64,000 bases of DNA from Rhodobacterales bacterium (GTDB taxonomy: Bacteria; Pseudomonadota; Alphaproteobacteria; Rhodobacterales; Rhodobacteraceae). A model generated the notes under the pieces. That model did not search any database and was not told the origin of the DNA. It saw only the letters and a program-made list of their open reading frames with translations. Every line of letters starts with the position of its first letter. The first letter of the stretch is position 1. A program made the position numbers and the translations under genes. The stretch is from NCBI GenBank assembly GCA_002748265.1, contig PDRY01000014.1:134418-198417 (forward strand), read 5' to 3'. Shown piece after piece: positions 40,386 through 49,850 of the stretch.

Positions 40386-41087
40386 ATGGTCAAAACCAGC
40401 CGGGAGCCCGCCATGTCCTATTCCGCCGCCACAGTGCCTGCCCGCGAAACGACACAGGCTGCTTTGATCTTCCGGCTGATCGTGTTTGCTCTGGCGGCGT
40501 TCTACGCGGTGCGGATGGTCGTCGCGAACCCGCTGATCGAAGAGCCCTTCGGCCCGTTTCGCTGGCTGACCTACTGGGCCAATCTTGCCGCTCTGGCCTG
40601 CGCGTGGTTCATGCTGGGCCGCTCGCGCGGCACCCATGTGCGCCGTCATGACGGGCTGGTGAGCGCAACGGCGGTCGTTGGCGCGATGGTCGTCTATCTC
40701 TACTGGTCGCTCTATTTCGACGATCCTCTGAGCGTGAACAGCGAGCAGCCCGGCCCCGCCTGGACGGAATACTACTACCACCTCGCCGGGCCGCTGCTGC
40801 AATGGATCGACGCCCTGTTCATCCTGCGCGCCTTCCGCGCGCCGCTGCGGGCTGTGGGCTGGCTCGTCGGGCTGATTGCGGCGTGGCTCACGTTTATTGA
40901 ACTGGCGGTGCAGCCGCTCAACGACACGCCCGCCGGGAGCGTGACTTCGGGTCTGCCTTACCCGTTCCTCAACAACATGACGCTGGATGAGCGGCTTCCG
41001 TTCTATGCGATGAATATCGCCGTCGCGCTGGGGCTATTGGTGGTGTTTTCGCTGCTGGCCTTTGCGATCAGGCGCCTGATGCGATGA
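40386..41087 (+). CDS. Hypothetical integral membrane protein (6 TM, Far-17a/AIG1-like?)
   Basis: It has hydrophobic segments and Trp/Tyr-rich loops (RWLTYWANLAALACAWFMLG...YWSLYFDDP). The start at 40386 is just after the divergent DUF1538 gene; an alternative ATG lies at 40413. Confidence 0.5.
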   Translation: MVKTSREPAMSYSAATVPARETTQAALIFRLIVFALAAFYAVRMVVANPLIEEPFGPFRWLTYWANLAALACAWFMLGRSRGTHVRRHDGLVSATAVVGAMVVYLYWSLYFDDPLSVNSEQPGPAWTEYYYHLAGPLLQWIDALFILRAFRAPLRAVGWLVGLIAAWLTFIELAVQPLNDTPAGSVTSGLPYPFLNNMTLDERLPFYAMNIAVALGLLVVFSLLAFAIRRLMR

Positions 41088-41913
41088 TCGCCCTCAGACC
41101 GGCGCGGTAGTCGGGATAGGCGGGCGCCCAGCCCAGATCGGCCTTGGCCTTCGCGTTCGAAACCCTTCGGCTTTGGCTGTAGAAATCGCGGCCCATGGGC
41201 GACAGGCCAGCGGTGTCGAGCGGCTCTTCCGGGGGCGGGGCGATCCCCAGCAACCGCGCGGCTTCCGCCACCACATCGGCATGGGCGGCGGGTTCGTCAT
41301 CCGCGATGTTCCAGACGGCGCCGGGCATCGGGCGGGCCATCGACAGGCGCAGGGCCGCGCAGATGTCATCGACATGGATCCGGCTGAACACCTGGCCCGG
41401 CTTGACGATCCGCCGGGCGGTGCCATCGCGCAGCTTGTCGACGGCAGAGCGACCGGGGCCGTAGATGCCGGGCAGGCGGAAGACGTGCAGCGGCAGGGGC
41501 AGGGCGCCCCAGGCCCGTTCGGAGGCCAGCCGCGCCGCGCCGCGCGGGCCGGTGGGATCGGGGGACGTTTCCTCATCGACCCAGCCGCCATCGGTGTCGC
41601 CGTAAATCCCGGTCGTGGAGAAATAGCCGACCCAATCGGACCCGGCCTGAGCGATCTTTTCGCCCAAGGCTGCCGCAACCGGACAGGAGCCGCCCGCAGG
41701 CGGGACAGAGACCAGCACGTGACTGGCCTGAGCGATTGCCGCGTCGATATCCCCGCCCGGCCAGAGCAGCCCGGTGTCGCCCAAAGTGTCGATCTCGCGC
41801 AGGCCATCGGCGCGGCGCGAGGTGCCGATCACCTGCCAGCCCAGCGGGCGCAGGGTATCGGCCAGATGGCGGGCCACATATCCGTGGCCGATGCTCAGCA
41901 GGGTTTTGCTCAT
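41068..41913 (-). CDS. NAD-dependent epimerase/dehydratase (atypical SDR) family protein
   Basis: It has a Rossmann N-terminus (LLSIGHGYVARHLADTLRPLGWQVIGTSR) and an SDR-like core. Confidence 0.7.
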   Translation of the reverse strand: MSKTLLSIGHGYVARHLADTLRPLGWQVIGTSRRADGLREIDTLGDTGLLWPGGDIDAAIAQASHVLVSVPPAGGSCPVAAALGEKIAQAGSDWVGYFSTTGIYGDTDGGWVDEETSPDPTGPRGAARLASERAWGALPLPLHVFRLPGIYGPGRSAVDKLRDGTARRIVKPGQVFSRIHVDDICAALRLSMARPMPGAVWNIADDEPAAHADVVAEAARLLGIAPPPEEPLDTAGLSPMGRDFYSQSRRVSNAKAKADLGWAPAYPDYRAGLRAIIASGA

Positions 41914-42025
41914 GCCCCCTTCGTGCCGCCGGGCGCGCTATGGTGCAAGCGCGGTTTGTCTTGCTCCTGTCGTCAACTTCCTGTCCGATAGCGCAAACCG
42001 CAAAGACAAGAACAAGAGGTGCCCC

Positions 42026-43510
42026 ATGCCGCTCAGCGATCCGCAGCAGTCCGTCCTGACCCCCGATATGCCCGCGCCAGAGCAGTTCACCGACGCGCGC
42101 GCCGCCGTAGACCGGCTGATGGAACTCTATGAGATATCGACGGATTTCCTGGCCAGCCGCTTTGCCGAGGCCGTTGGGCAGGACGTTCGCCCCGAAGGTC
42201 GGTTCCGCGCCTTCTACCCCGAGATCCGCCTGACCACGACCAGCTATGACCATGCCGACAGCCGCTTGGCCTTTGGTCATGTGTCCGATCCGGGCACCTA
42301 TAAGGCGACCGTTACCCGGCCCGATCTGTTCAAGCACTACCTGCGCCAGCAAGTCGGGCTCTTGATGAAGAACCACAATGTCCCGGTGCAGGTTGGCCCG
42401 TCTGATACGCCGATCCCGGTGCATTTTGCTCTGGCCGGGAGCGACGTGACCGTGCCGCAGGACGGGGCGCTGACCTTTTCCCTGCGCGATGTGTTCGACG
42501 TGCCCAACCTGGAGACAACCCATGACGGCATCGTCAACGGAGACGTTCTGACCCACCCCGATGGCACGGGATTCCTGTCGCCCTTCACGGCGCAGCGGGT
42601 GGATTATTCGCTGGCGCGGCTGAACCACTACACCGCCACGCGCCCCGAGCATTTCCAGAACCACGTTCTGTTCACCAACTACCAGTTCTACGTGGACGAG
42701 TTCGAAGCCTATGCCCGCAAGATGCTGGCCGATCCCGAAAGCGGCTACACCAGCTTTGTCGCGCCCGGCAACGCAGAGATCACCACGGCCGATGGCGATC
42801 TTCCGGCACTGGCCAAGATGCCTCAGATGCCCGCCTACCACCTCAAACGAGGGGAGCAGCAGGGGATCACGCTGGTCAATATCGGTGTCGGTCCGTCCAA
42901 CGCAAAGACCGCGACGGATCACATCGCGGTTCTGCGCCCCCATGCCTGGCTGATGGTCGGCCATTGTGCCGGGCTGCGCAATTCCCAGCGGCTGGGGGAT
43001 TTCGTTCTGGCTCATGCCTATCTGCGCGAGGACAAGGTGCTGGACGATGATCTGCCTGTCTGGGTGCCGATCCCGGCGCTTGCGGAGATCCAGGTTGCCC
43101 TGGAACAAGCCGTCGCTGAGGTCACGCAGCTTGAGGGCTTTGAGCTCAAGCGGATCATGCGCACGGGCACAGTGGCCACGTTGGACAACCGCAACTGGGA
43201 ATTGCGCGAGCACTCCGGCCCGGTGGCCCGCCTGAGCCAGTCCCGCGCCATTGGGCTCGATATGGAAAGCGCGACCATCGCGGCCAACGGGTTCCGGTTC
43301 CGGGTGCCCTATGGCACGCTCCTGTGCGTGTCTGACAAGCCGCTCCACGGGGAGCTGAAGCTGCCTGGCATGGCGAGTGACTTCTATAAGACTCAGGTCG
43401 CGCGGCATTTGCTGATCGGCGTGCGGGCCATGGAAAAGCTGCGTGAAATGCCGCTGGAGCGCATTCACAGCCGGAAATTGCGCTCATTTCAGGAGACAGC
43501 GTTTTTGTGA
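42026..43510 (+). CDS. amn: AMP nucleosidase
   Basis: It has an N-terminal Amn-specific domain plus a C-terminal PNP/MTA-nucleosidase-like catalytic domain (TLVNIGVGPSNAKTATDHIAVLRPHAWLMVGHCAGL...GLDMESATIAA). The start at MPLSDPQQ was chosen; the longer ORF overlaps the upstream gene. Confidence 0.88.
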   Translation: MPLSDPQQSVLTPDMPAPEQFTDARAAVDRLMELYEISTDFLASRFAEAVGQDVRPEGRFRAFYPEIRLTTTSYDHADSRLAFGHVSDPGTYKATVTRPDLFKHYLRQQVGLLMKNHNVPVQVGPSDTPIPVHFALAGSDVTVPQDGALTFSLRDVFDVPNLETTHDGIVNGDVLTHPDGTGFLSPFTAQRVDYSLARLNHYTATRPEHFQNHVLFTNYQFYVDEFEAYARKMLADPESGYTSFVAPGNAEITTADGDLPALAKMPQMPAYHLKRGEQQGITLVNIGVGPSNAKTATDHIAVLRPHAWLMVGHCAGLRNSQRLGDFVLAHAYLREDKVLDDDLPVWVPIPALAEIQVALEQAVAEVTQLEGFELKRIMRTGTVATLDNRNWELREHSGPVARLSQSRAIGLDMESATIAANGFRFRVPYGTLLCVSDKPLHGELKLPGMASDFYKTQVARHLLIGVRAMEKLREMPLERIHSRKLRSFQETAFL

Positions 43511-43521
43511 CGCTGGGAAAA

Positions 43522-43545
43522 CTTCCGGAAAACCGGAGTTTTTCG
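43522..43545 (+). terminator. Putative intrinsic terminator after amn
   Basis: A short hairpin (ttccgg aaaa ccggag) followed by TTTTT lies 12 nt after the amn stop. Confidence 0.45.
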
Positions 43546-43640
43546 ACCCAAAAAGGCCTGTGTTTGTTGTGTGGGTCCACAAGATGGCGTTAAATGCCAC
43601 GTCATAAGACCCATGATCTGGGCTAAACGGAGACTGTTAC

Positions 43641-43928
43641 ATGACCAAACCGCTGACCAAGACCCAGCTCGTCGCCGCGCTGGCTGAGCAGATGGACGCC
43701 GACAAGAAGTCCGCTTCCGCCGCTCTGGACGCGATCACCGCCGTTATCACCAATGAGGTGAGCGGTGGCGGTGCGGTGACCCTGCCCGGCGTTGGCAAGA
43801 TCTACTGCCGCGAGCGTCCCGCTCGTATGGTGCGCAACCCCGCCACCGGCGAGCAGATGCACAAGGACGCTGACAAGGTGGTGAAGATGACCATCGCCAA
43901 GGCGCTCAAGGACAGCGTGAACGGCTAA
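43641..43928 (+). CDS. HU-family nucleoid-associated DNA-binding protein
   Basis: MTKPLTKTQLVAALAEQMDADKKSASAALDAITAVITNEV...GVGKIYCRERPARMVRNPATGEQM is a 95-aa HU/IHF-fold protein. Confidence 0.9.
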   Translation: MTKPLTKTQLVAALAEQMDADKKSASAALDAITAVITNEVSGGGAVTLPGVGKIYCRERPARMVRNPATGEQMHKDADKVVKMTIAKALKDSVNG

Positions 43929-43991
43929 GGCCATGCGCCCGCCCCCAGGGCGGGTGTGCGCTATAGGGTTTGCTTTTCGGCAATCCATCAG

Positions 43992-44027
43992 AAAGGGTCG
44001 CTCCACAGGCGACCCTTTCTTTTTTTA
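43992..44027 (+). terminator. Rho-independent terminator after the HU gene
   Basis: A 10-bp stem (aaagggtcgc / gcgacccttt) with a 7-nt loop is followed by a T7 run. Confidence 0.85.
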
Positions 44028-44040
44028 CGGAGCACAGATT

Positions 44041-44907
44041 ATGGAACCGCGCGCGATGGGAATGGGCCTGATTTTCGCGCTCATGTGGTCTTCCGCGTTC
44101 ACCTCGGGGCGGGTGATCGTCCAATACGCACCGCCCTTGTCGGCCTTGTCGCTGCGGTTCTTCATCTCGGGGCTGGTGGGCGTTCTGATCGCACGGGCGC
44201 TTGGGCAGAGCTGGCATCTGAGCAAGTCCCAATGGCGGTCCCTGGCCATCTTTGGCGTGTGCCAGAACGGGCTTTATCTGGGGCTCTTGTTCGTTGCGAT
44301 GCAGTGGGTCGAAGCCTCTATGGCTGCGATCATCGCCTCGACCATGCCGCTGCTGGTGGCCTTCGCCGGGTGGCTGCTGTTTCGAGAGCGGATTGCGCCG
44401 CTTGGTATTGCCGGGCTTGTCGCGGGGATGGTCGGGGTGGCCATCATCATGGGCGCGCGCCTGTCGGGAGGCGCCAACCTTGTGGGCGTCGCCCTCTGTG
44501 TGGTGGCCGTGTTGTCCCTGACGATCGCCACTTTGGTCATCCGGGGCACGCAGTCTCATGGCAACGCGCTGATGATCGTGGGGCTTCAGATGCTGGTGGG
44601 CAGCGCTTCGCTATTGCCCGCCGCCCTGTTGTTCGACGATGGCGCTGTGACGTGGAGCTGGCAGCTCTTCGTGGCCTTCGCCTACACCACGCTGGTGCCC
44701 GGCCTCGCGGCGACGCTTGTCTGGTTCCTGCTGGTCAACCGGATCGGCACGGTGCGCGCCGCGGTGTTCCACTTCCTGACGCCGTTTCTGGGCGTGACCA
44801 TTGCCGCGATCCTGCTGGGCGAAGCGCTCGGTCCGCTTGACCTGTTGGGGGTCGCGGTGATCGCCGGAGGCATCTTCGCGGTGCAGGTGTCGAAACAGAG
44901 CAGCTAG
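44041..44907 (+). CDS. DMT-superfamily (EamA-like) transporter
   Basis: It has ten predicted TM helices in two EamA-type halves. The start at [12 protein letters not shown] was chosen. Confidence 0.75.
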   Translation: MEPRAMGMGLIFALMWSSAFTSGRVIVQYAPPLSALSLRFFISGLVGVLIARALGQSWHLSKSQWRSLAIFGVCQNGLYLGLLFVAMQWVEASMAAIIASTMPLLVAFAGWLLFRERIAPLGIAGLVAGMVGVAIIMGARLSGGANLVGVALCVVAVLSLTIATLVIRGTQSHGNALMIVGLQMLVGSASLLPAALLFDDGAVTWSWQLFVAFAYTTLVPGLAATLVWFLLVNRIGTVRAAVFHFLTPFLGVTIAAILLGEALGPLDLLGVAVIAGGIFAVQVSKQSS

Positions 44908-46007
44908 CCGATCCGGCCCCGCTGGCCTCCGGTCTGTCCTCGGTCCAGCAGAAGGTGGTCCAGCAGAACACAGGCCACCATCGCTTCGGCGACGGGCACC
45001 GCGCGGATGCCGACGCAGGGGTCGTGGCGGCCCTGGGTCACCACGTCGGTCGGGCTGCCATCCTTGAGGATCGACCGGCGCGGGCTGAGGATCGAAGAGG
45101 TCGGCTTCACCGAGAACCGCATGACGATCTCTTGCCCGGTGGAAATGCCGCCCAGGATGCCGCCCGCGTGGTTCGATCCATAGACCGGCCCGTCCGGGCC
45201 CATCTCGATCTCGTCGGCATTGTCGCGGCCGGTGAGGCTCGCGGCGGCCATTCCTGCGCCGATCTCCACGCCTTTCACGGCGTTGATCGACATCAGCGCC
45301 GCGGCCAGTTCGGTGTCGAGCTTGCCATAGACCGGAGCGCCGAGCCCCGCCGGCACGCCGCGCGCGACGACTTCGATCATGGCGCCGACCGAATTGTGGT
45401 CCTTGCGGCGCAGATAATCCATGTAGTCTTCCCACTCATCCACGACCGCCGGGTCGGGGCACCAGAACGGGTTACGCTCGATCTCGGCGGGGTCGAACCG
45501 GCTGCGGTCGATATGCTTGGCGCCCATCTGGATCATGTAGCCGCTGATTTCGACCTGAGGCGCCAGATCGGCCAGCACGCGCCGTGCCAGCCCACCGGCG
45601 GCCACACGCGCAGCCGTTTCGCGCGCGGATGAGCGCCCGCCGCCACGCGGATCGCGGATCCCGTATTTCTGCCAATAGGTGATGTCGGCGTGACCGGGAC
45701 GGAAGGTCTGCTCGATCTTGCTGTAATCCTTGGACCGCTGATCCACGTTGCGGATCAGAAGCTGCACGGGGTGCCCGGTGGTCTTGCCCTCATAGACCCC
45801 CGAGAGGATTTCGACCTCATCAGGTTCCTTGCGCTGCGTGGTGTGGCGCGACTGGCCGGGGCGGCGGCGGTCCATCCAGTGCTGGATCTGCTCGGGGGCG
45901 ACTTCCACCCCCGGAGGGCAGCCATCCACGGTCGCTCCCAACGCGGGCCCGTGGCTTTCGCCCCAGGTGGTGACGCGGAACAGGTGACCGAATGTGTTGA
46001 ATGACAT
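44904..46007 (-). CDS. aroC: Chorismate synthase
   Basis: [33 protein letters not shown]...[16 protein letters not shown] is the AroC signature. Confidence 0.93.
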   Translation of the reverse strand: MSFNTFGHLFRVTTWGESHGPALGATVDGCPPGVEVAPEQIQHWMDRRRPGQSRHTTQRKEPDEVEILSGVYEGKTTGHPVQLLIRNVDQRSKDYSKIEQTFRPGHADITYWQKYGIRDPRGGGRSSARETAARVAAGGLARRVLADLAPQVEISGYMIQMGAKHIDRSRFDPAEIERNPFWCPDPAVVDEWEDYMDYLRRKDHNSVGAMIEVVARGVPAGLGAPVYGKLDTELAAALMSINAVKGVEIGAGMAAASLTGRDNADEIEMGPDGPVYGSNHAGGILGGISTGQEIVMRFSVKPTSSILSPRRSILKDGSPTDVVTQGRHDPCVGIRAVPVAEAMVACVLLDHLLLDRGQTGGQRGRIG

Positions 46008-46135
46008 GGGCGCGCCCTCCTCTTTGAGTGTCTCGATACGCGGGGGCGGGCAGGGGCATCAACCCCGGCTTTTCTGTGGGGTCCAATTATCCCGGCGGGA
46101 AAGCGCCGTCTGGCGGAGGGGGGCGGGGCCAGTGA

Positions 46136-47677
46136 CTATGTCAGAAGGGCTTCGATCTGGTCCACATAAGGGGCAAAGCCCCCTTGCTCCGCCGCCATCT
46201 TGCGCAGCATTCGCCGCCGGGCGGGGGGCCAGGCCTCAAGCGTTTCAAGCGCTGCGCGGACATAGGCGTCTTGATCGCCGGGCGTGATAAAGGTGCCCGC
46301 GGGCTTGGCCAGATCGAGGATCCCCAGATCGGAGCGATATCCGACGAAAGGCGTGCCGCAGAACGCGGCATCGAGCACGGTCGCCGGACCGGGGTCTTGC
46401 CGCGACGTGAGCAGGTAGACATCCGCCTGCGCATACCAAGCGGGCGCATCCTCTACGAAGCCGGGAAGGATCAGGTCGAGATCGGGCGCGGCGGCGGCCA
46501 GTTCCTGCGCCCAGCCCGTCAGAGCGCCCAGCCAGACAAAGCGCGCCTCCAAACATTGCGCCTGAATGGCTCGCGCGGCGTCAAGGAACAGATCGAACCC
46601 CTTGCGGTGGTCCGCGTGACCGGCCCCCAAGAACACCGGCCCGCCCCCGATCCGGTCGCGCACTGCCCGCCGCGCCGCCAGCCCGGCGGGCTGCACCGCG
46701 ATGCCGGGGCGGATGATCGTCGTCGGCGCGTTCAGCATCGGCGCCAGCCCATCGGCCACCGCCGGGAAAGACGCCACGATCCGCGCGCCCGCGGCTTCCG
46801 CGCCGCGCAGCGCCGCGCCCAGATCGCGGGCTTCGACATGCGCTGCCATTTCATGGACCAGAAGCGCCCCTACCCGGTCGCCAGACAGGAGATCCGGCGC
46901 AAATCGTGCTGTTTCGACAGAGTTCAGCAGCACTGTCACCTCGGGCGGGATCCCTTGCGCCAGCCCTGGCACGTCCCAACCTTCCGCAATGATAAAGCAG
47001 GGTCCGAGCGCGCGGAACTCCGGCAGCAGCGGACCGGCCTGATCCAGAAGGAAGACCGGCGACCAGCCCCGTTCGCGTAGCGCCAAGGACAGGTTGCGCA
47101 GCAGGATCGGGGCGCCAGCCTTTCGGGCATCATGGGCGACCATGACGACGACGCGGCCATCGGGCAAAGCCGCGCGCATCGCTTCCGCCGATTGCGCGGC
47201 ATCCTTTGGCTCTGGCCGGGGCAGAAACCCGGCCTGTGCGCCGTGTGTCACGTAGTGTCGGAAGGCCTGCCCGGTTTCCAGCGGCAGATAGGCGCGCGCG
47301 TAGAAAACGGGATCGAACCCGTGGGAGGGCGCGCGGCCTTCGCGGTCTCCGTGGCGGATGAAGTGCAGCAGGAGCGGATCGGCCAGACCGGCGAGGTCTG
47401 GATTGAGCGCCCGGTATTCGTCCGGCACGAAGAGCGGATGCGGCTGGCGTTCTTCCCCGCGTGTGAGCCGCCTGAGGTAGTCATCCATCGCCGTGGGCGC
47501 GCCCTGGTCGGCCCAATCGGGATAGCGCGTCTTGTAGAAGGTGGTCGAAAAATAGGGCGAGGGGTCGCGTCCCTCCGCATCCCCTTCCCGCCGGAAATGT
47601 CGCAGCGGGGCCGACACGGCCGCGCCCGCAAGGCTGGACAGGTAGAATTCCGTGTCGAACAGGGGGTGGTTGGTCAT
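46136..47677 (-). CDS. Glycosyltransferase (GT4-like C-terminal domain) with an N-terminal domain of four ~38-aa tandem repeats
   Basis: The C-terminal half has a GT-B/GT4-like donor-binding region (FVWLGALTGW...YAQADVYLLTSRQDPGPATVLDAAFCGTPFVGYRSD). The N-terminal ~150 aa consist of four repeats of the form P-x-F-x(3)-(F/Y)Y-x(4)-(Y/N)PD-x(7,9)-P-L-x-H(F/Y)-x(3)-G-x(2)-EGR-x-PS. Confidence 0.65.
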   Translation of the reverse strand: MTNHPLFDTEFYLSSLAGAAVSAPLRHFRREGDAEGRDPSPYFSTTFYKTRYPDWADQGAPTAMDDYLRRLTRGEERQPHPLFVPDEYRALNPDLAGLADPLLLHFIRHGDREGRAPSHGFDPVFYARAYLPLETGQAFRHYVTHGAQAGFLPRPEPKDAAQSAEAMRAALPDGRVVVMVAHDARKAGAPILLRNLSLALRERGWSPVFLLDQAGPLLPEFRALGPCFIIAEGWDVPGLAQGIPPEVTVLLNSVETARFAPDLLSGDRVGALLVHEMAAHVEARDLGAALRGAEAAGARIVASFPAVADGLAPMLNAPTTIIRPGIAVQPAGLAARRAVRDRIGGGPVFLGAGHADHRKGFDLFLDAARAIQAQCLEARFVWLGALTGWAQELAAAAPDLDLILPGFVEDAPAWYAQADVYLLTSRQDPGPATVLDAAFCGTPFVGYRSDLGILDLAKPAGTFITPGDQDAYVRAALETLEAWPPARRRMLRKMAAEQGGFAPYVDQIEALLT

Positions 47678-47757
47678 GCGCGGCCCTGTCTGCTTGCCTT
47701 TGCGCCGGGGCGATGCGACGCTTCGTAACCCAACCTCGCTAGCATGGAGAGCCCGCC

Positions 47758-48441
47758 ATGGTCCACTATGATGAAATCGTCTGCTACGGCGGCGCGGGCC
47801 ACGCGATGGTGATGCTCCATGCGGGCGAATATCACTGGAAGGGCAAGGTTAAGCTGCGCGCCGTCGTGGATGATCGGCACAATGGCATGATCCACCCCCA
47901 GCTTGGCGTGCCGGTGATTTCGGCTGAAGACCGGCTGGAGAGCTATGCCGACGTGCCTGTCTTCATGGGGGTGGGTAGCCCATCTGCTTGTGCCCGGATC
48001 GGCGCCCGGCTGCGCGGCGAAGGCGCGACATTTGCCAGCGTTCCGGGGCGGCCCGAGCTGGTGCACCCGACGGTGAAGCTTGGGGAAGGAGTGATCGTTG
48101 CGCCGCATACGCGGATCGGTCCGAACGTTAGGATCGGAGATTTCTGCCAGCTTCTGGGCGATCTGATCGCCCATGATGTCACGGTCGGGGATGCCTGCCA
48201 CCTGGGCGTTCATTCCAGCGTGCTGGGCAATGTGACGATCGGAGCGCAGACCAACATCGCGCCCCATGCGGTGATCTGTAACGGAGCCCCGGGCGCGCCG
48301 CTGACGATCGGATCGGGCGCCACCGTCGCCGTGGGCGCGGTCGTCAGCCGCGATCTGCCGGATGGGTCCAAAGTGATCGGCAACCCGGCCATGCCCGTCG
48401 AGGACTGGGCCAAGCTCAAAGCTTTGATCGCGGATCAATGA
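47758..48441 (+). CDS. Hexapeptide-repeat sugar O-acyltransferase (NeuD/PglD family)
   Basis: It has an N-terminal Rossmann-like region and a C-terminal left-handed beta-helix of hexapeptide repeats (IGDFCQLLGDLIAHDVTVGDACHLGVHSSVLGNVTIGAQTNIAPHAVI). Confidence 0.75.
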   Translation: MVHYDEIVCYGGAGHAMVMLHAGEYHWKGKVKLRAVVDDRHNGMIHPQLGVPVISAEDRLESYADVPVFMGVGSPSACARIGARLRGEGATFASVPGRPELVHPTVKLGEGVIVAPHTRIGPNVRIGDFCQLLGDLIAHDVTVGDACHLGVHSSVLGNVTIGAQTNIAPHAVICNGAPGAPLTIGSGATVAVGAVVSRDLPDGSKVIGNPAMPVEDWAKLKALIADQ

Positions 48442-49328
48442 TCGCCAAGCTTGAGATGCTCATCGCGCTCGCCAAGGAGCGCCACTTCGGCCGTGCCGCC
48501 GATAGTCTTGGCATCACTCAGCCCAGCTTGTCCGCCGGGATCAAGCAGTTGGAAGGGCAGTTGGGCGTGCAGCTGGTGCAGCGCGGATCCCGCTATGGCG
48601 GCCTGACGCCCGAGGGCCTGCGCACGCTGGACTGGGCACGGCGGATTGTCGGCGATGCCCGCGCCCTGCGGGAGGAAATGCGCGCTTCGCGGAGTGGTCT
48701 TTCAGGGCATCTGCGGTTGGCGGTGATTCCCACCGCACTGTCCATGGCCTCTGATCTGGTGGCGGGGTTCCAGACGCGCCATCCCGAGATTCGCTTCACC
48801 GTGCTGTCGCGATCCTCGCGGATGATCCACGAGATGCTCAGAAACCTGGAGATTGATGGCGGCGTGACCTACTTGGATGGCCCTGCTCCGGCGCGGCTCA
48901 CCCAGGTGCCGCTTTACCGTGAACGCTATGTGCTGATCTGTAAGCCGGGACATGCGTTGTCCGGGGCCGCGCATCTGGATTGGGCCGGGCTTGGCGCTGT
49001 GCCGCTTTGCCTGCTTTCGGATGACATGCAGAACCGCCGCATCATCAACCGGGCCTTTGCCGGGGTCGGGGTGGATCCGAACGTCCATCTGGAGAGCAAC
49101 TCCACTGTTCTTCTGGTGGCCCATGCCGCGCGCGGGGGCTGCGCGACGATCCTTCCGCAAGAGACAGCGCGGCTTCTGACACGTGGCACCGATCTGCGCC
49201 TGATCCCGATCCACAGCGCCGATGATCCGCCCGATGTGGGACTGATCGCGCCGTATCGCGCGCCGCACACGCCACTGGTGGCGGCGCTCCTGGAAGAGGC
49301 AGAACGATTGAGTATCTCTATCGACTGA
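48438..49328 (+). CDS. LysR-family transcriptional regulator (likely regulator of the downstream fds operon)
   Basis: It has an N-terminal HTH (LIALAKERHFGRAADSLGITQPSLSAGIKQLE) and a C-terminal LysR substrate-binding domain, and lies immediately upstream of fdsG. Confidence 0.85.
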   Translation: MIAKLEMLIALAKERHFGRAADSLGITQPSLSAGIKQLEGQLGVQLVQRGSRYGGLTPEGLRTLDWARRIVGDARALREEMRASRSGLSGHLRLAVIPTALSMASDLVAGFQTRHPEIRFTVLSRSSRMIHEMLRNLEIDGGVTYLDGPAPARLTQVPLYRERYVLICKPGHALSGAAHLDWAGLGAVPLCLLSDDMQNRRIINRAFAGVGVDPNVHLESNSTVLLVAHAARGGCATILPQETARLLTRGTDLRLIPIHSADDPPDVGLIAPYRAPHTPLVAALLEEAERLSISID

Positions 49329-49394
49329 CGAAAAAACGATATTGATATGCGATCAATTTGGGCTCAGATCGGAGGACTTCCCAAGGAGCGCCAG

Positions 49395-49850
49395 ATGACT
49401 GCCGAGCTTGACTCCATTTCCGCGCTGATCGCGCCGCACCTGGGCCGCGAAGGCCCACTTCTGCCGATCCTGCACGACATTCAGGGCGCCTATGGCCACA
49501 TTCCTGACGCGGCGCTGCCGGTGATTGCCGATGCGCTGAACCTGATCCGTGCCGAAGTGCATGGCGTGGTCAGCTTTTACCACGATTTCCGCGAGGCGCC
49601 TGCGGGTAAACATATGCTCAAGATCTGCCGTGCGGAGGCCTGTCAGGCCATGGGCGGAGCGGCCAACGCCGATGCGCTGCTTAAGGCACTTGGCACCGAT
49701 TGGCACGGGACGACCGCGCAGGGCGTGACGGTGGAGCCGGTCTATTGCCTTGGCCTGTGTGCCTGTGCCCCGGCGGCGATGCTTGATGACCGGGTGATCG
49801 GGCGGGCCACGCCCGCTCGGGTGCAAAAGGCTCTGGAGGGCACGGCATGA
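49395..49850 (+). CDS. fdsG: NAD-dependent formate dehydrogenase gamma subunit (NuoE-like 2Fe-2S)
   Basis: It has a NuoE/thioredoxin-like [2Fe-2S] module (CRAEAC...CLGLCACAP). The start at 49395 is preceded by AAGGAG. Confidence 0.8.
   Translation: MTAELDSISALIAPHLGREGPLLPILHDIQGAYGHIPDAALPVIADALNLIRAEVHGVVSFYHDFREAPAGKHMLKICRAEACQAMGGAANADALLKALGTDWHGTTAQGVTVEPVYCLGLCACAPAAMLDDRVIGRATPARVQKALEGTA

Noticed and set aside
39261-41087. A 608-aa plus-strand ORF overlapping the DUF1538 gene and extending into the downstream membrane-protein gene.
   Set aside because: Only the last ~230 aa (from 40386) look like a real hydrophobic membrane protein. The upstream 1.1 kb is antisense to the DUF1538 gene and is Arg/His/Asp/Gly-rich nonsense.
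41573-43468. A 631-aa minus-strand ORF opposite amn.
   Set aside because: It is antisense to the well-supported AMP nucleosidase gene and has no domain signal.
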